Source: Candidatus Latescibacterota bacterium (GTDB lineage Bacteria > Latescibacterota > UBA2968 > GCA-2709665). Taken from it: 64,000 nt of DNA. Below are positions 1-10,531 of the stretch, piece after piece. Location of the stretch: positions 2,880,001 to 2,944,000 of the forward strand of contig CBDCOX010000002.1 in the NCBI GenBank assembly GCA_965219995.1. The letters are read 5' to 3'. The position numbers were made by a program, and so were the translations under genes. The notes under the pieces were generated by a model that ran no database searches, had not been told where the DNA came from, and saw nothing but the letters and a program-made list of their open reading frames with translations. Every line of letters starts with the position of its first letter. Within the stretch, counting starts at the first letter, position 1.

Positions 1-51
1 TCCCGCATTAAAACAATAGCTTACAATCATAATCGCGCAAGCGACATCTAG

Positions 52-66
52 TGGCACACGTATTGC
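52..66 (+). promoter_or_regulatory. Putative sigma54 (-24/-12) promoter
   Basis: TGGCAC-ACGTA-TTGC, with exact GG-N10-GC spacing, ~350 nt upstream of the CDS at 415. Confidence 0.55.
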
Positions 67-414
67 CTTTATATAGACGATTCATTCGGCAGACCCGACT
101 GCAGTGCGGCGGCCGGAGTAACAGCGTCGAGTCTATGAACATGCCGTTGCGCGACACTTTCAATAATCGTCGGGCTGTACGACGAGAGTTATCGCGAGGG
201 TCAAGAGCTACCCCTAAAGATGTAGAAATGCCAATGTGCGAAGGTTTGTGACCGGCGCAAAACGGCCGGCCGGTGCCGGTCGCAAATGACCACATCACCC
301 CGCCGTACGTGCCCTGACGTCGCCGAATCCGGACAGCGAAGCACGCTGGACATGGCACCGAATGTCGCAAAATGCAACAGTTCGCAATTCACCATCACGA
401 GAGGAGAAAGTGCT

Positions 415-2976
415 ATGAAGTCGATCGTATTTCATCTGGTTTTGTGGGCGATGCTCCCGTCAACAGACACTGCAGCGTCGCCTGTGCCCGAGGGTACTCA
501 TTTCCACCTGCCTGCCGATCCCGACGGACGCGAGCGTATTCACCTGGAGGCGGCCGGCAAGCCGACGCTCTCGAATCAGGGCGAGCCGCGCACCGTACGG
601 ATGATCTACTACGTGGCGCAGGGCAGCGCATTCAGGCAGGAGACCGTGGATGCGATGAAAGATGCGATCAGGAAGGTGCAGACCCTTTATGCCGAGCAGA
701 TACGGGTACATGGGTTCGGCGAGAAAACCATGCGCTATGAGACGGATTCGCAGGGCAGCCCGTTGGTCCACGTTGTAAATGGCGACAGGCGTTATCGCGA
801 CCATTGGGACGCGCTACAACAGATTTTCGAAGAGGGTTTCGATTTCGATGCCAACGTCTACTTCATCGTGGTTGGTGATGATGAAGACCTTGCCACGGGA
901 AACGTCCTGGCGTTGGGCTTAAAGAACTCAAGAGTCGGCGGATGGGCCGTGTTGACACAAGTCATCGACGAGAATTTCGTCTCCAGAGTCGCCCACGAAC
1001 TGGGTCATGCTTTCGGATTGTGGCACAGTTTCAAAGATGGCGGGTACGTGATGTCATACGGTCCCGGACAAACCAGATTATCGGAGTTCAGTGCGGGGCA
1101 CCTGGCCGTACATCCCTATTTCAATGCCGACAGCCCGATCGAGGATGAGCTGTCGCCACCGGTAGCGTACGTCACTTCGCGCCGATCCTATTCCGCCGGT
1201 CAAAGCAGCGTGCCCGTACAGCTCGACATCAACAGTGAGTACGGCATTCAGCAGGTCTCTTACTTCGTCACCACACAGGAGCCCCACTTTTCCGCCGGTT
1301 CTCCTGAATTGAAGGGCGGTCGCATGTTGGAGGGTGTCCGGAATGCCGTCGTCGATTTCGCGTATGACGGCCTCATTCCATCTGATGTTGCGGGCGTTAT
1401 CGATTTGTCCAGCCTTCGCACACATCGGATCTTTATCGAGACCGTCGACCTGCGCGGGAACATTGGCCAATCGGGGCTTACCCTCCTGCATGACTCGACA
1501 CACAGGCTGATCATCCCTCTCGACAGGCGGCCGGAAACGAGGAACGGGGCCTGTTGGGTCGCGTTTTCGCCCGACGGCGGGACCCTTGCCGCAGCGACGG
1601 AGGGCTCGCGGTCGCAGAACAACTCGGTCAGGCTGTGGAACGCAGAGACCGGCGATCACCTTGCCACGCTTGGAGGCGACGAGAACCGGGGGTATTTCGA
1701 TCGCGTCCACTCCGTGGCCTATTCGCCTGACGGGACACACCTCGCTTCCGGAACATGGGACGGCATGGTCAGGCTATGGGACGTCGCGAAGAGAACCGAA
1801 ATCGCCGCATTCGAGCACGCAGGATTGGACGGCCGGATCTATAGCCTGGCCTTTTCGCCCGACGGGACCATGCTGGCGTCAGGCGCGCTCGACGACTGGT
1901 CAAACCCGACGGAATATACGATCAAGCTCTGGGACGTCGCAGCGAAAACCCACGCAGGCACCTTCAGAGGGCACCTAAACGGTATCTACACGATTGCATT
2001 TTCCCCCGATGGCAAGACCATTGCGTCGGGCGCTTTTGACAGCACAATCAGGCTGTGGGACGTGGCGACGAGATCCCAGATTGCCCTCGGCTACGCCTGG
2101 GAGGCGGTCACCTGGGTTTCCTTTTCGCCCGATGGAAAGACCCTCGTATCAGGCGCTTTTGACAACTTCGTCCGTATCTGGGACGTTTCGGTAAGCGGCC
2201 GCGTGACGAATCTCGCCGGGTTCAAGGTAACAGGCGATCATATTCTCCGTTGCGTGTCATTTTCTCCGGACGGCGAAAGGATTGTAACCATAACCCAGGG
2301 GGGAGATATTGAAATCTGGGATGTCCCGGATATCGACGCGATCGATCCCTCGAGGCCGCTAGAAGACATCGTGCTCCGGGAGAAAATCCCGGGCCACTCA
2401 TTTGGGACCTTTCAGGGGACGTTTTCTCCGGAAGGCACCACGTTCGCCACGGCGTCCGGAACATATGGAAAGGCGGACTACGCGATTGTCCTGTGGGACA
2501 TGTCGCAGCACGTCACGCCCGTGACTCATATCCCGGACGTCAACCTCAAGGCGGCTGTTCGAGGAGTACTCGGCAAGTCGGGATACGGGCCCGTCACCCA
2601 GGCCGAAATGGCACGTCTGACCACGCTTGACGTGAGCGACCGCAACGTCCGCGACCTGCAGGGCCTGGCATTCGCAACGGGGTTGACGCACCTGAACCTC
2701 AATGGCAATCCCTTGAACGCAGCCGCCCTCAACACGCACATACCCGCCCTGGAAGCCCGGGGCGTGGAGGTCCTGTTCGACAGGCCTGCGACGCCGACGC
2801 CGGACTTCAACGGTGACGGGACAGTGGACTTCGGCGATTTTCTGCTGTTTGCACGCGGGTTCGGAGCGCGACGGGGCGACCAGGGATACGACGCACGTTT
2901 CGACCTGGACGGAAACGGCGAGATCGGATTTACCGACTTTCTGAAATTTGCCACTGAATTCGGCAAGAGCGTGTAG
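415..2976 (+). CDS. Secreted multidomain protein: zinc metallopeptidase + WD40 propeller + LRR segment + dockerin/EF-hand-like tail
   Basis: ATG 415 after GAGGAG; signal-like N-terminus; HELGHAFGLWH and YVMSY Met-turn; repeated AFSPDG..LASG...IRLWD; IPDVNLKAAVR LRR cap; two DxNGDGxVxFxDF motifs. Confidence 0.85.
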   Translation: MKSIVFHLVLWAMLPSTDTAASPVPEGTHFHLPADPDGRERIHLEAAGKPTLSNQGEPRTVRMIYYVAQGSAFRQETVDAMKDAIRKVQTLYAEQIRVHGFGEKTMRYETDSQGSPLVHVVNGDRRYRDHWDALQQIFEEGFDFDANVYFIVVGDDEDLATGNVLALGLKNSRVGGWAVLTQVIDENFVSRVAHELGHAFGLWHSFKDGGYVMSYGPGQTRLSEFSAGHLAVHPYFNADSPIEDELSPPVAYVTSRRSYSAGQSSVPVQLDINSEYGIQQVSYFVTTQEPHFSAGSPELKGGRMLEGVRNAVVDFAYDGLIPSDVAGVIDLSSLRTHRIFIETVDLRGNIGQSGLTLLHDSTHRLIIPLDRRPETRNGACWVAFSPDGGTLAAATEGSRSQNNSVRLWNAETGDHLATLGGDENRGYFDRVHSVAYSPDGTHLASGTWDGMVRLWDVAKRTEIAAFEHAGLDGRIYSLAFSPDGTMLASGALDDWSNPTEYTIKLWDVAAKTHAGTFRGHLNGIYTIAFSPDGKTIASGAFDSTIRLWDVATRSQIALGYAWEAVTWVSFSPDGKTLVSGAFDNFVRIWDVSVSGRVTNLAGFKVTGDHILRCVSFSPDGERIVTITQGGDIEIWDVPDIDAIDPSRPLEDIVLREKIPGHSFGTFQGTFSPEGTTFATASGTYGKADYAIVLWDMSQHVTPVTHIPDVNLKAAVRGVLGKSGYGPVTQAEMARLTTLDVSDRNVRDLQGLAFATGLTHLNLNGNPLNAAALNTHIPALEARGVEVLFDRPATPTPDFNGDGTVDFGDFLLFARGFGARRGDQGYDARFDLDGNGEIGFTDFLKFATEFGKSV

Positions 2977-3030
2977 ACGCAAGACGATGAGGCGTCGATT
3001 GTGGCCGCCGGGCTGGCACTCAAAGGCCTG

Positions 3031-3487
3031 GAGTCACGCCAAAGTGGAGGCGATGAAAAAGCCGTTGTGAAGGTGGAGCAGACATTCCTGTCTGCCAACG
3101 TGCGAATAACCTGTCATCCTGAGGACGCCCGGCCTGCCAGTGTATCATCGGCAGGCAGGCCGACGAAGGATCTACTGCGGCATCGCGTGATGTCCGAGCG
3201 TCCTTTGTCATTCGCCGTGACCTGGCAGGCGGCACGTCTGCGCCTTCACGACCACTCCGAGGAAGCGCACGCAATGAGCGCGGTTCAACGCCGCAATCAC
3301 TCCCCCCTTGAGGGGGAGTCGCAGAAGCCGAGCCGGTCCCTGAGCCTGTCGAAGGGTCGAAGGGCCGGCGATGGCTGATGCGGTGGGGGGTGTCAGTTCC
3401 ACCCATATAGAATGACATGTCGATCTATCGTCATCCGGGAAGTGGATCCGTCGCGGGAGGCCGGGCGCCCACAAGGGACGCCCCTAC
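3031..3487. repeat. Intergenic mosaic of REP/MITE-like modules
   Basis: GCAGACATTCCTGTCTGC hairpin; a 3113-3245 segment also present at 6359-6490; CTCCCCCCTTGAGGGGGAG and CCCTGAGCCTGTCGAAGGG hairpins; GGGCGCCCACAAGGGACGCCCCTACA. Confidence 0.8.
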
Positions 3488-3947
3488 AGGCCACGTAGAT
3501 CGATACAGCGATGCCGACGCTTGATCAGGTGGAGCAAACTGTCAGTTTGCTCCACGGTCGACAGGCCGCTCGCTGTGACGTACTAAGCGTGCCTTAGCCT
3601 AGAACGCCGCGAGATCGACAACATTGGCTATTTGCAGGAAGTTGGTTTGACGGTGAGGCGGACATTCCTTTCTGCCCGCACGGATGGTTCTACTTTGGGA
3701 TAGGCGACAGAAAAATAGACAGACCCGACTCTGATCCGGCATCCGGTCGCCCTCGACACACTCAGGCGGTTTCTCCCTCACCCTGGATTTGCATGTTGCC
3801 GGGGGCGACCAGAAAAGATGTTTCCGGTACCAATCGTCGGCGCCGACGTGCGTGATGCCTGGGGTTGTTTTCCCGTAGCGCATCCAACAATCATCCTGAT
3901 ACGCCCGGGTTACGGGACATTCGTGACACACGGGAGGGAAAGTCAAA

Positions 3948-5613
3948 ATGCGGACATCAACCAGGTGGTTCCGGGTATTCATCCTGCCAATCATTTTCAT
4001 CCAGTTAATCCTGATCGGTTTTGTCACCGTCGCATCCGCCCAGCTCCCGCCAGACATCCTTGCGGACAAACACCTGATCCACGCGGAACAGCTTCATGCC
4101 GCCAAGGACTATGCGGGCGCCTTCGAAGTGATGCAGAAGATCATCGCACTGCAAAAGGAGCACGATCTGACAGTACCCGATGACTTTCATTTCAAGTATG
4201 CGCGCGTGGCTCTGTCAGCGGATTCAATGCAGATCGCGCTTGAATCCGTGAGCAATTATCTGTCGGCGACGGGGAAAGAAGGCGAGTTCTACCAGGAGGC
4301 CCTGAAGGTGATGCTCAAGGCCGAAGGCAACGAAGTCGTTTCTGCGGAGGATTTCTATAATGATGTCATTAAGACTCAGGGAACCTGCGAGGGATTTCCG
4401 GTAGGGGCCAAATGCTGGACCTCGCTGACGAACCACACTGAATGCTTCGTATGGAACGAATACCTTTCGGAAGGCGAGACTGCTATATGGACTGGCAAGT
4501 GTTCAGGCCACATACCCGATGGGGAGGGGACCCTTACTTGGTATGAACAGATAGAGAAAGACGGCAAAAGGAAAAAAGTAGAAAGCGAAGAAAGTACAGG
4601 GGTCTTCAGGAAAGGCAAAAGGGAGGGTAAATGGGTCGATCGGTGGCCTGGGGATAGGTATGCAAAAGAGAGTCTTTATGTGAATGGCAAACAGACCGGT
4701 CCATGGTTCGATTGGTACGAAGATTACAATAAAGTAGCAGGTTTGCGTATCTACGCCGGGTCTATCATGATCATGTCACTGAGAGACCCCGACGCTTGGT
4801 CCGTAGAACATGAAGGCCCTGATGAAAATGGTGACGGCCACATAGACATTCGTGCCCGGGACGGTAGCGTATTGGGCGGATCATATGCGGCCTACAATCC
4901 GCACGGGAAATGGGTCGAACGAGGTTATTTCGATAAGAGCCTGTATGTAGAGAGAGAAGGCGTGTACGTCGATGGCAAGAAGGAAGGCCAATGGGTCCAC
5001 CGCCATTCAAACGGCAGTGTAGGCGGGGGTAATTTTAAGGACGGCAAAGCACACGGCGAATGGGTGTTTTTCGGCGTACATTGGGACGGCGGCTGGTTTG
5101 AAAATAAGGGTGCCTTTGTTGATGGCAAGCCACACGGGGAATGGGTCTATCGACACTCAAGCGGGTTCGAAACTAAGGGTGCCTATGTTGATGGAATAAA
5201 ACACGGCGAATGGGTGGAATTCCGAATATGGAAGGGGGGGGGGCATCTGGGAAGAAGATAAGGGTCCCTATGTTAATGACAAACGACATGGAGATTGGGT
5301 CATTCGATCCTCAAGCGGGAGTGAAGAAAAGGGTCCCTATGTTAATGACAAACGACATGGAGATTGGGTCATTCGATCCTCAAGCGGGAGTGAAGAAAAG
5401 GGTCCGTATGTTGATGGAAAAAAACACGGTGACTGGGTCAATCGATACTCAGACGGGGCCAGAAGTAAAGGTTCCTATAAAGACGGAGAACGTGAAGGTA
5501 TCTGGCTGATTTACGAAAGAAATAAGGAATGCTATTTCAATACATATCGTGATGGCGACCGGGTAAACCAAAAAAAGGTCAAGAAGAAGATATGTCAACA
5601 GGAGGCGTGGTGA
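3948..5613 (+). CDS. Secreted MORN-like repeat protein, frameshifted at a G10 tract (ORF 3948-5261 plus continuation to TGA 5611-5613)
   Basis: Signal peptide; GxYVDGKKHGxW repeats; removing one G at 5234-5243 continues the repeats (WEEDKGPYVNDKRHGDW...) to give ~554 aa. Confidence 0.8.
5260..5405 (+). repeat. Perfect 69-bp tandem repeat (two copies plus start of a third), one MORN unit each
   Basis: AAGGGTCCCTATGTTAATGACAAACGAC...GAAGAA starts at 5260 and 5329. Confidence 0.95.
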
Positions 5614-5704
5614 GCGAAACCGATGAATGTGCAGGTCCATTCATAACGGTGTCTGGGTTGGCATATGAAATAGAACGGCAGGGCTGAATGCGCGCCGCCA
5701 ACAC

Positions 5705-5830
5705 GTGCGTGCCGCCATGTCCGCGGATTCAGTCAGGATCGCACTCGCGGCGTTGATCACGTACCTCGTAGTAGTGGGCAAAGACGGCGCGTTCTACAAG
5801 GAGGCACTGGCTCTATCGCTCGAGACGGAG
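5705..5830 (+). pseudogene. Relic fragment of a paralog of the MORN protein's N-terminal domain
   Basis: RAAMSADSVRIALAALITYLVVVGKDGAFYKEAL aligns with RVALSADSMQIALESVSNYLSATGKEGEFYQEAL encoded at ~4203-4305. Confidence 0.7.
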
Positions 5831-6052
5831 GAGGAGTTGGAGTTGCCTGAGATCCTCGTGTCACGGATCGCCCTAATGAGGCCACCTATGATCGGCATAA
5901 TGGAGCCACCTGGAAGTGGCGATTTTAGGGTTTCGGAAGGGGCATATAATTAGTGTTCTTGGGCCTCCTTTCCAAGGTGTTTTTTGGTGATCGTGGTAGG
6001 GGTTTGGGTGCACGGAAGCTTTCGCCGTCGAGGATGACGCGATAGGCGCGTA

Positions 6053-7027
6053 GACCTCTCCCCCCAACCCCCTCTCCCAAGGGGAGAGGGGGAGAAAATC
6101 GGCTGACGGCTTTCAATAGCCACTCTGAAGGTGGGGCAGACATTCCTGTCTGCCCGCGTCGCTCTGAATGACAGGCCGGCCGATCGCCTAACCTGTCGAC
6201 CTGAGGAGGCCCAATCGCCAACGATGTCTCCGCGCCAATGTGTTTAGCGCGTTGTTGCGTTAAGGGCAATCGAGACGGGAGATTCTTCGCTTCGCTCAGA
6301 ATGACATGTTTTGCAAGAACCATTGGCGAGATGTTTCGGTAACACCTTCGCCTGTACTGTCATCCTGAGGAAGCCCGCCTGCCAGCGAATTATTGGCAAG
6401 CGGGCTGACGAAGGATCTACTGCGGCATCGCTTGATGCTTGAGCGTCATTTGTCATTCGCCGTGACGTAGCACGCGGCACGTCTGCGCCTACACGGGACG
6501 ACCCTACAAGGGCCAGAGAGAGTCGCGCGAAGCTGGAGACGACGGCAATGCCGCTGTGAAGGTGGGGCAGACATTCCTGTCTGCCGGCCTCGCTGTTCAT
6601 CCTGAGGCGGCGCCAGGGAAACCAGGCCTCCGCGCATAGGGGTCGGTGAAGGCTTCCGCTGCACGTCAACCCGTGAAGACGGGAGATTCTTCGCTCCGCT
6701 CAGAATGACATGTCTTGCAATAGGCATAAGCGAAGAGTTTCGGACACACGTTTGCAAGTCCTGTCATCCTGAGGAGTCACGCCAAATTGGTGGCGATGAA
6801 AGAGCCGTTGCGAGGGTAGGGCAGACATTCCCGTCTGCCGGCCTCGCGTCGTACGGGATGCCTGAAAGCGGGCATTTCGACAAGCCACGTCGGCAAGCTC
6901 AGCGCAAGCAATGACCACGCGTTGGTAGGCGTTTTTCAGGTGAGTTCAGGATGACATGCCTTGCAATGGACATACGCGAAGTGTAACGGTCATACCTGCG
7001 CCAAACCGGTCATCCTGAGGAAGCCCG
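6053..7027. repeat. ~1 kb cluster of composite REP/MITE-like modules
   Basis: GAGATTCTTCGCTYCGCTCAGAATGACA at ~6279 and ~6683; several TCATCCTGAGG; GGCAGACATTCCYGTCTGCC at ~6135, 6566, 6820; CCCCTCTCCCAAGGGGAGAGGGG at ~6069. Confidence 0.85.
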
Positions 7028-7273
7028 CTACTTGCCCCGTCGCCCCCGCCCCTTGATTCTGCGCCGCTGGTTGCTGACCAGGGTGACGAGTTCCCGCGTA
7101 GAGATGTCCGCCTGGATTGAGGGGACGTCCAGCGGCGATCCGGAAGGCCGTTCCGGCACGAGCGCGTAGGTCCTGCCGTCTTTTCGACGTATGAGGACCC
7201 TTCCCGTCGCCTCGGCTTTGTCGAGTACGGTTGAGAAATTCTGTCTGGCTTCCGAGTAAGTATACACGTCCAT
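7028..7273 (-). CDS. Phd/YefM-family antitoxin
   Basis: MDVYTYSEARQNFSTVLDKA...VLIRRKDG Phd-like N-terminus; starts 1 nt after the PIN gene stop. Confidence 0.8.
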   Translation of the reverse strand: MDVYTYSEARQNFSTVLDKAEATGRVLIRRKDGRTYALVPERPSGSPLDVPSIQADISTRELVTLVSNQRRRIKGRGRRGK

Positions 7274-7274
7274 T

Positions 7275-7673
7275 CTAACCCTCCAAACCGACGAGCCTGA
7301 TACCCAATGAGGTTGCGGTCCGGCCAAGCGTTCGGTCCAGCGTCAACAGTGGCGCACCATGTCGCAAAGCGCAGTCCAGAAAATATGCGTCGAACGCGTA
7401 TGCGTTCACCTGGGCAGCGATGGACAGGACATTCGACATGTCGACGTTCACGTATTGAACCGGAATGCTTTCCAGAATCTCCAGGCCGCGCTGAGCATCC
7501 GCGACGCGAACGCGGCGCTGTCTGATCATTGCCGAGAACGCATTGCCGATTTCCCACGGGATGGACCCGGGTCCAATGAGCGTATGCCCCGACGTAGCTG
7601 CGATAATCGCATCTCTTTCCGGCTCAGCTACAATTACCGCAATGATTGCTGACGTGTCGATCACGACGTTCAC
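7275..7673 (-). CDS. vapC: VapC-family PIN-domain toxin
   Basis: VVIDTSAIIA, WEIGNA, YAFDAYFL and LLTLDR carry the acidic PIN residues; GTG after GGAGAG. Confidence 0.85.
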   Translation of the reverse strand: MNVVIDTSAIIAVIVAEPERDAIIAATSGHTLIGPGSIPWEIGNAFSAMIRQRRVRVADAQRGLEILESIPVQYVNVDMSNVLSIAAQVNAYAFDAYFLDCALRHGAPLLTLDRTLGRTATSLGIRLVGLEG

Positions 7674-7694
7674 GATGTTCTCTCCAGATACTAT

Positions 7695-7708
7695 CAATTG
7701 TACAATTG
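7695..7708. promoter_or_regulatory. Putative TA operator palindrome in the promoter region
   Basis: Perfect palindrome CAATTGTACAATTG overlapping a minus-strand TACAAT; TTGACA upstream (spacer only 15 nt). Confidence 0.5.
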
Positions 7709-7830
7709 TCAGAACAATGTCAAGGGCAAAACATCAATTCGCGGAAAAGCGGGGAGACGGGAGACGACAACCCGCGTCCACGGTACGAACATGCTGCCTG
7801 GCGAAATTTACCCGGCCATAGGCACGCAAA

Positions 7831-8122
7831 CCTCTCCCCCCGACCCCCTCTCCCAAGGGGAGAGGGGGAGAAAACCAGCTAACGGCTTTCGGCTATCAGC
7901 CAGAACCGATTAGCAATACGGATGTGCGATATCTATCATCGAAGTCAGCGCCGCGGCGTGGCATAGCCAGAGGGGACGCGTCGAGGGCAGGATGCCCTCG
8001 TTCCCAGGGGGAACTCTGCCCCCGGCCCCCTCTCCTAAAGGAAAGGGGGAGAAAACCAGGCGTCCATCAAGCGATGACAGTTCCCCCCTTACTTCAGGAA
8101 GGGGGAAAGGGGGTACGTCTCG
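7831..8122. repeat. C/G-rich hairpin repeat modules
   Basis: CCCCTCTCCCAAGGGGAGAGGGGG at ~7844; segment 8018-8122 matches 18899-19003. Confidence 0.8.
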
Positions 8123-8546
8123 AAAAGGCGAGGAGGGAAGAAGGGAAAGGACCTTACTGCACCCCACCGGGTTCACGCTCTATCAAAAGTGCCTAACTTT
8201 GAGCCGGTGCATTATTCAAAAACAAAACCGGTGTTGATACCTTTTTCTCTCAGCCGTTGTGAAATTTCGGTTTCGGGACACGCAGGCCGCCGGTCCCGAT
8301 GTCAAAACGAGACAGCACATCACTTTAGTGCGTTGTCCCGTTATTTGCGTACGAGACGACCCCGACGCAAGGGTTTCTTCATCGTGTCATTGCATCCTGG
8401 CAAAAACGTTACCGGACGAGAATTTTCGTTATATTTCGACACATAGCAAGAAAAACAGTTTTGCATTTCGTCTCGGGCCGGGTGCCTGCCCGAACAAATG
8501 ACGTAGGTGATTTCCTGGTATGCGACGTGCAGGTTAGCTCCGACTG

Positions 8547-8673
8547 CCATTCTGAGGAAACCGTCAGAGAAACCAGGCCTCCGCGCACAAATGGGACCGT
8601 GAAGGCTTCCGCTACACGTCAAGCCCGGAAGACGGGAGATTCTTCGCTTCGCTCAGAATGACATGTTTTGCAA
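8547..8673. repeat. ~125-bp module with CATYCTGAG...CTCAGAATGACA inverted ends
   Basis: Homologous to 6598-6720 and 10802-10926. Confidence 0.8.
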
Positions 8674-9005
8674 GAACCATTGGCAAAATGTCTCGATCAT
8701 GCCTGCGCCCGCACGTCCACGCCGAGAAAGCGTGAGTGTCGAGGGGATTCCAGACCTGATCAGCCACTGTGTCTTTCAGTTCGCGTGCGGGTATGCGGCT
8801 GCGAACGATTGCAATGCATTGCGCGCGTAAGATCAGGGCATCCATCCATGCTTGCCACACCCAAGATAATGATCTCGACACCCCTCGCCGCTGCCGGGAA
8901 ATGTAAAATTACTCATCAAGCCGTCACCAACACGTTGTTCTACTATTTTCTCATCTCCAAAATGCCCTCTACATCCAAAAACACCGTTTCGTTCACTTTC
9001 GGGAA

Positions 9006-9270
9006 TTAACCTTGATTCGTCATTTTTCGAAAACGTTTATTCGAATGAACGCAGGTTGATAAAGGCGATTAAACATCTGATTACCAGGAACCTTCAGGTC
9101 ACTGGACGTGAACGGAAAAAATGTCCTTCCGGACGACCTTTTCGGTCTGGCGAGGAAAGAACTGCAGTGTCACCGCGTTATGACACACGCCGCTTTGCAC
9201 GGATGCTTACTGTGCCTTTTGTGCTTTTTGTGGCCAATTTTTCGGTGTTCTTTTTTCACATTGAGGTTAA
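9006..9270 (+). mobile_element. ~260-bp MITE, copy 1
   Basis: TTAA-CCTTGATTCG...CATTGAGG-TTAA; closely similar to 21458-21721. Confidence 0.85.
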
Positions 9271-9404
9271 TCGGATGAAGAGTAGGGTTTGCTATTCTTT
9301 ACATAGGGACGATATATTGTCTTTGTTCTCATGTATGGTTGCGGATATATAAAACCCAGTACGGCGTAATGGATCCCACCAATCCCATTGCAAAGGAAAG
9401 AGAT

Positions 9405-10487
9405 ATGACCTGTTTCGATTCTATGCGGCGGATCTTCCTGGCCTCCCTCTGGCTGGGGATGGCCCTGCTTCTCTGCCAGTGTCAGGGCGGAATGCGGTCA
9501 TTGCGCCGTACGTCGCCCGATGTGGAGGTCATCGTCGCCGAGACCTTTCTCACCGAGCGCAGGAGAGCGGACAACGTTGACTCTCCGGCGGTCTGGCACG
9601 GCCCCGGAGGCCGCCACTGGATTGTCACCACCGCCAAATCGGCGCACCAATTGCTCGTTCACAACGCGGCCAATGGAAAGCTGATCCGCCGGGTCGGCGG
9701 CCAGGGTACCGAGGCGGGCCGCTTCGGTCGCCCCAACGGCATCGTCGTGATCAGCGACTTCGTCGTCGTTGTCGAACGCGACAACCATCGTCTGCAGGTC
9801 CTGTCGCTGCCCGATTTCGAGCCGGTGGCCCTTCTCGGGGCCGGAGTGCTGCGCGAGCCGTACGGTATCGCCGAGGTCCCCCGAGAAGGCGGCTGGGACG
9901 TCTGGGTCACCGACAACTACGAACCAGGCTCGTCCTCGGCGCCGGCCTCGGAGATGGGAGAGCGTCTGCGCCGATTCCGCATGCAACTGTCGGATAGCCA
10001 GTTGACCGGGGAGTACGTCGGCGCCTTTGGTGACACCACGGAGGCCAGCTACCTGAGGAAGGTTGAGTCGATCGCCATAGACCCCCTCCACGGCAGAATG
10101 CTGGTTGCTGATGAGTCGGAAGGGGTACTCAAGGTCTATGATCTCGAGGGACGGTTCACCGGCCAGCTCGTGGGGGCCGGGGTCTTCAACCACAAACCGG
10201 AAGGCATGGCACTGCTGGAATGTGCGGAAGGCCGCGGCTACTGGCTCGCCACGGACCAGGATTTTCAGAAAAACCGTTTCCTGATTTTCGACCGGGAGAA
10301 TCTCGCCATTCAGGGCACCTTCTCAGGAGCCGTTACCGTCAATACCGATGGCGTCGCCCTCACCAGCCTCAACTTCGGGCCGTTCAGCCGGGGCGCCTTC
10401 TACGCCGTGCACAACGACGGCAACGTCGCCGCCTTCGACCTGGCGAAGATCGTCGCGGATCTCGGACTCGTCTGCGGACCCCGGTAA
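9405..10487 (+). CDS. Beta-propeller phytase-like exported protein
   Basis: DSPAVW, TAK, VESIAID, EGMAL and TDGVAL/AVHND motifs of beta-propeller phytases; hydrophobic signal with Cys; ATG after AAGGAAAG. Confidence 0.75.
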   Translation: MTCFDSMRRIFLASLWLGMALLLCQCQGGMRSLRRTSPDVEVIVAETFLTERRRADNVDSPAVWHGPGGRHWIVTTAKSAHQLLVHNAANGKLIRRVGGQGTEAGRFGRPNGIVVISDFVVVVERDNHRLQVLSLPDFEPVALLGAGVLREPYGIAEVPREGGWDVWVTDNYEPGSSSAPASEMGERLRRFRMQLSDSQLTGEYVGAFGDTTEASYLRKVESIAIDPLHGRMLVADESEGVLKVYDLEGRFTGQLVGAGVFNHKPEGMALLECAEGRGYWLATDQDFQKNRFLIFDRENLAIQGTFSGAVTVNTDGVALTSLNFGPFSRGAFYAVHNDGNVAAFDLAKIVADLGLVCGPR

Positions 10488-10531
10488 CGGTTTCTGGTAG
10501 AATCCGATGTCCCGAAGCATTGGGATGAACG

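Noticed and set aside
5260-5405. CRISPR array
   Set aside because: Contiguous 69-bp coding repeats without spacers; no cas genes
6053-7027. CRISPR-like array, or short proteins containing VILSEAKNL/CHSERSEES/GQTGMSAPP
   Set aside because: Irregular spacing, and intervening segments are themselves repeats; the ORFs are translations of the repeat modules
8200-9000. Possible gene, ncRNA or enhancer region in the long intergenic stretch
   Set aside because: Only short motif-less ORFs and weak TGTC-N7-GACA-like patterns; nothing supportable
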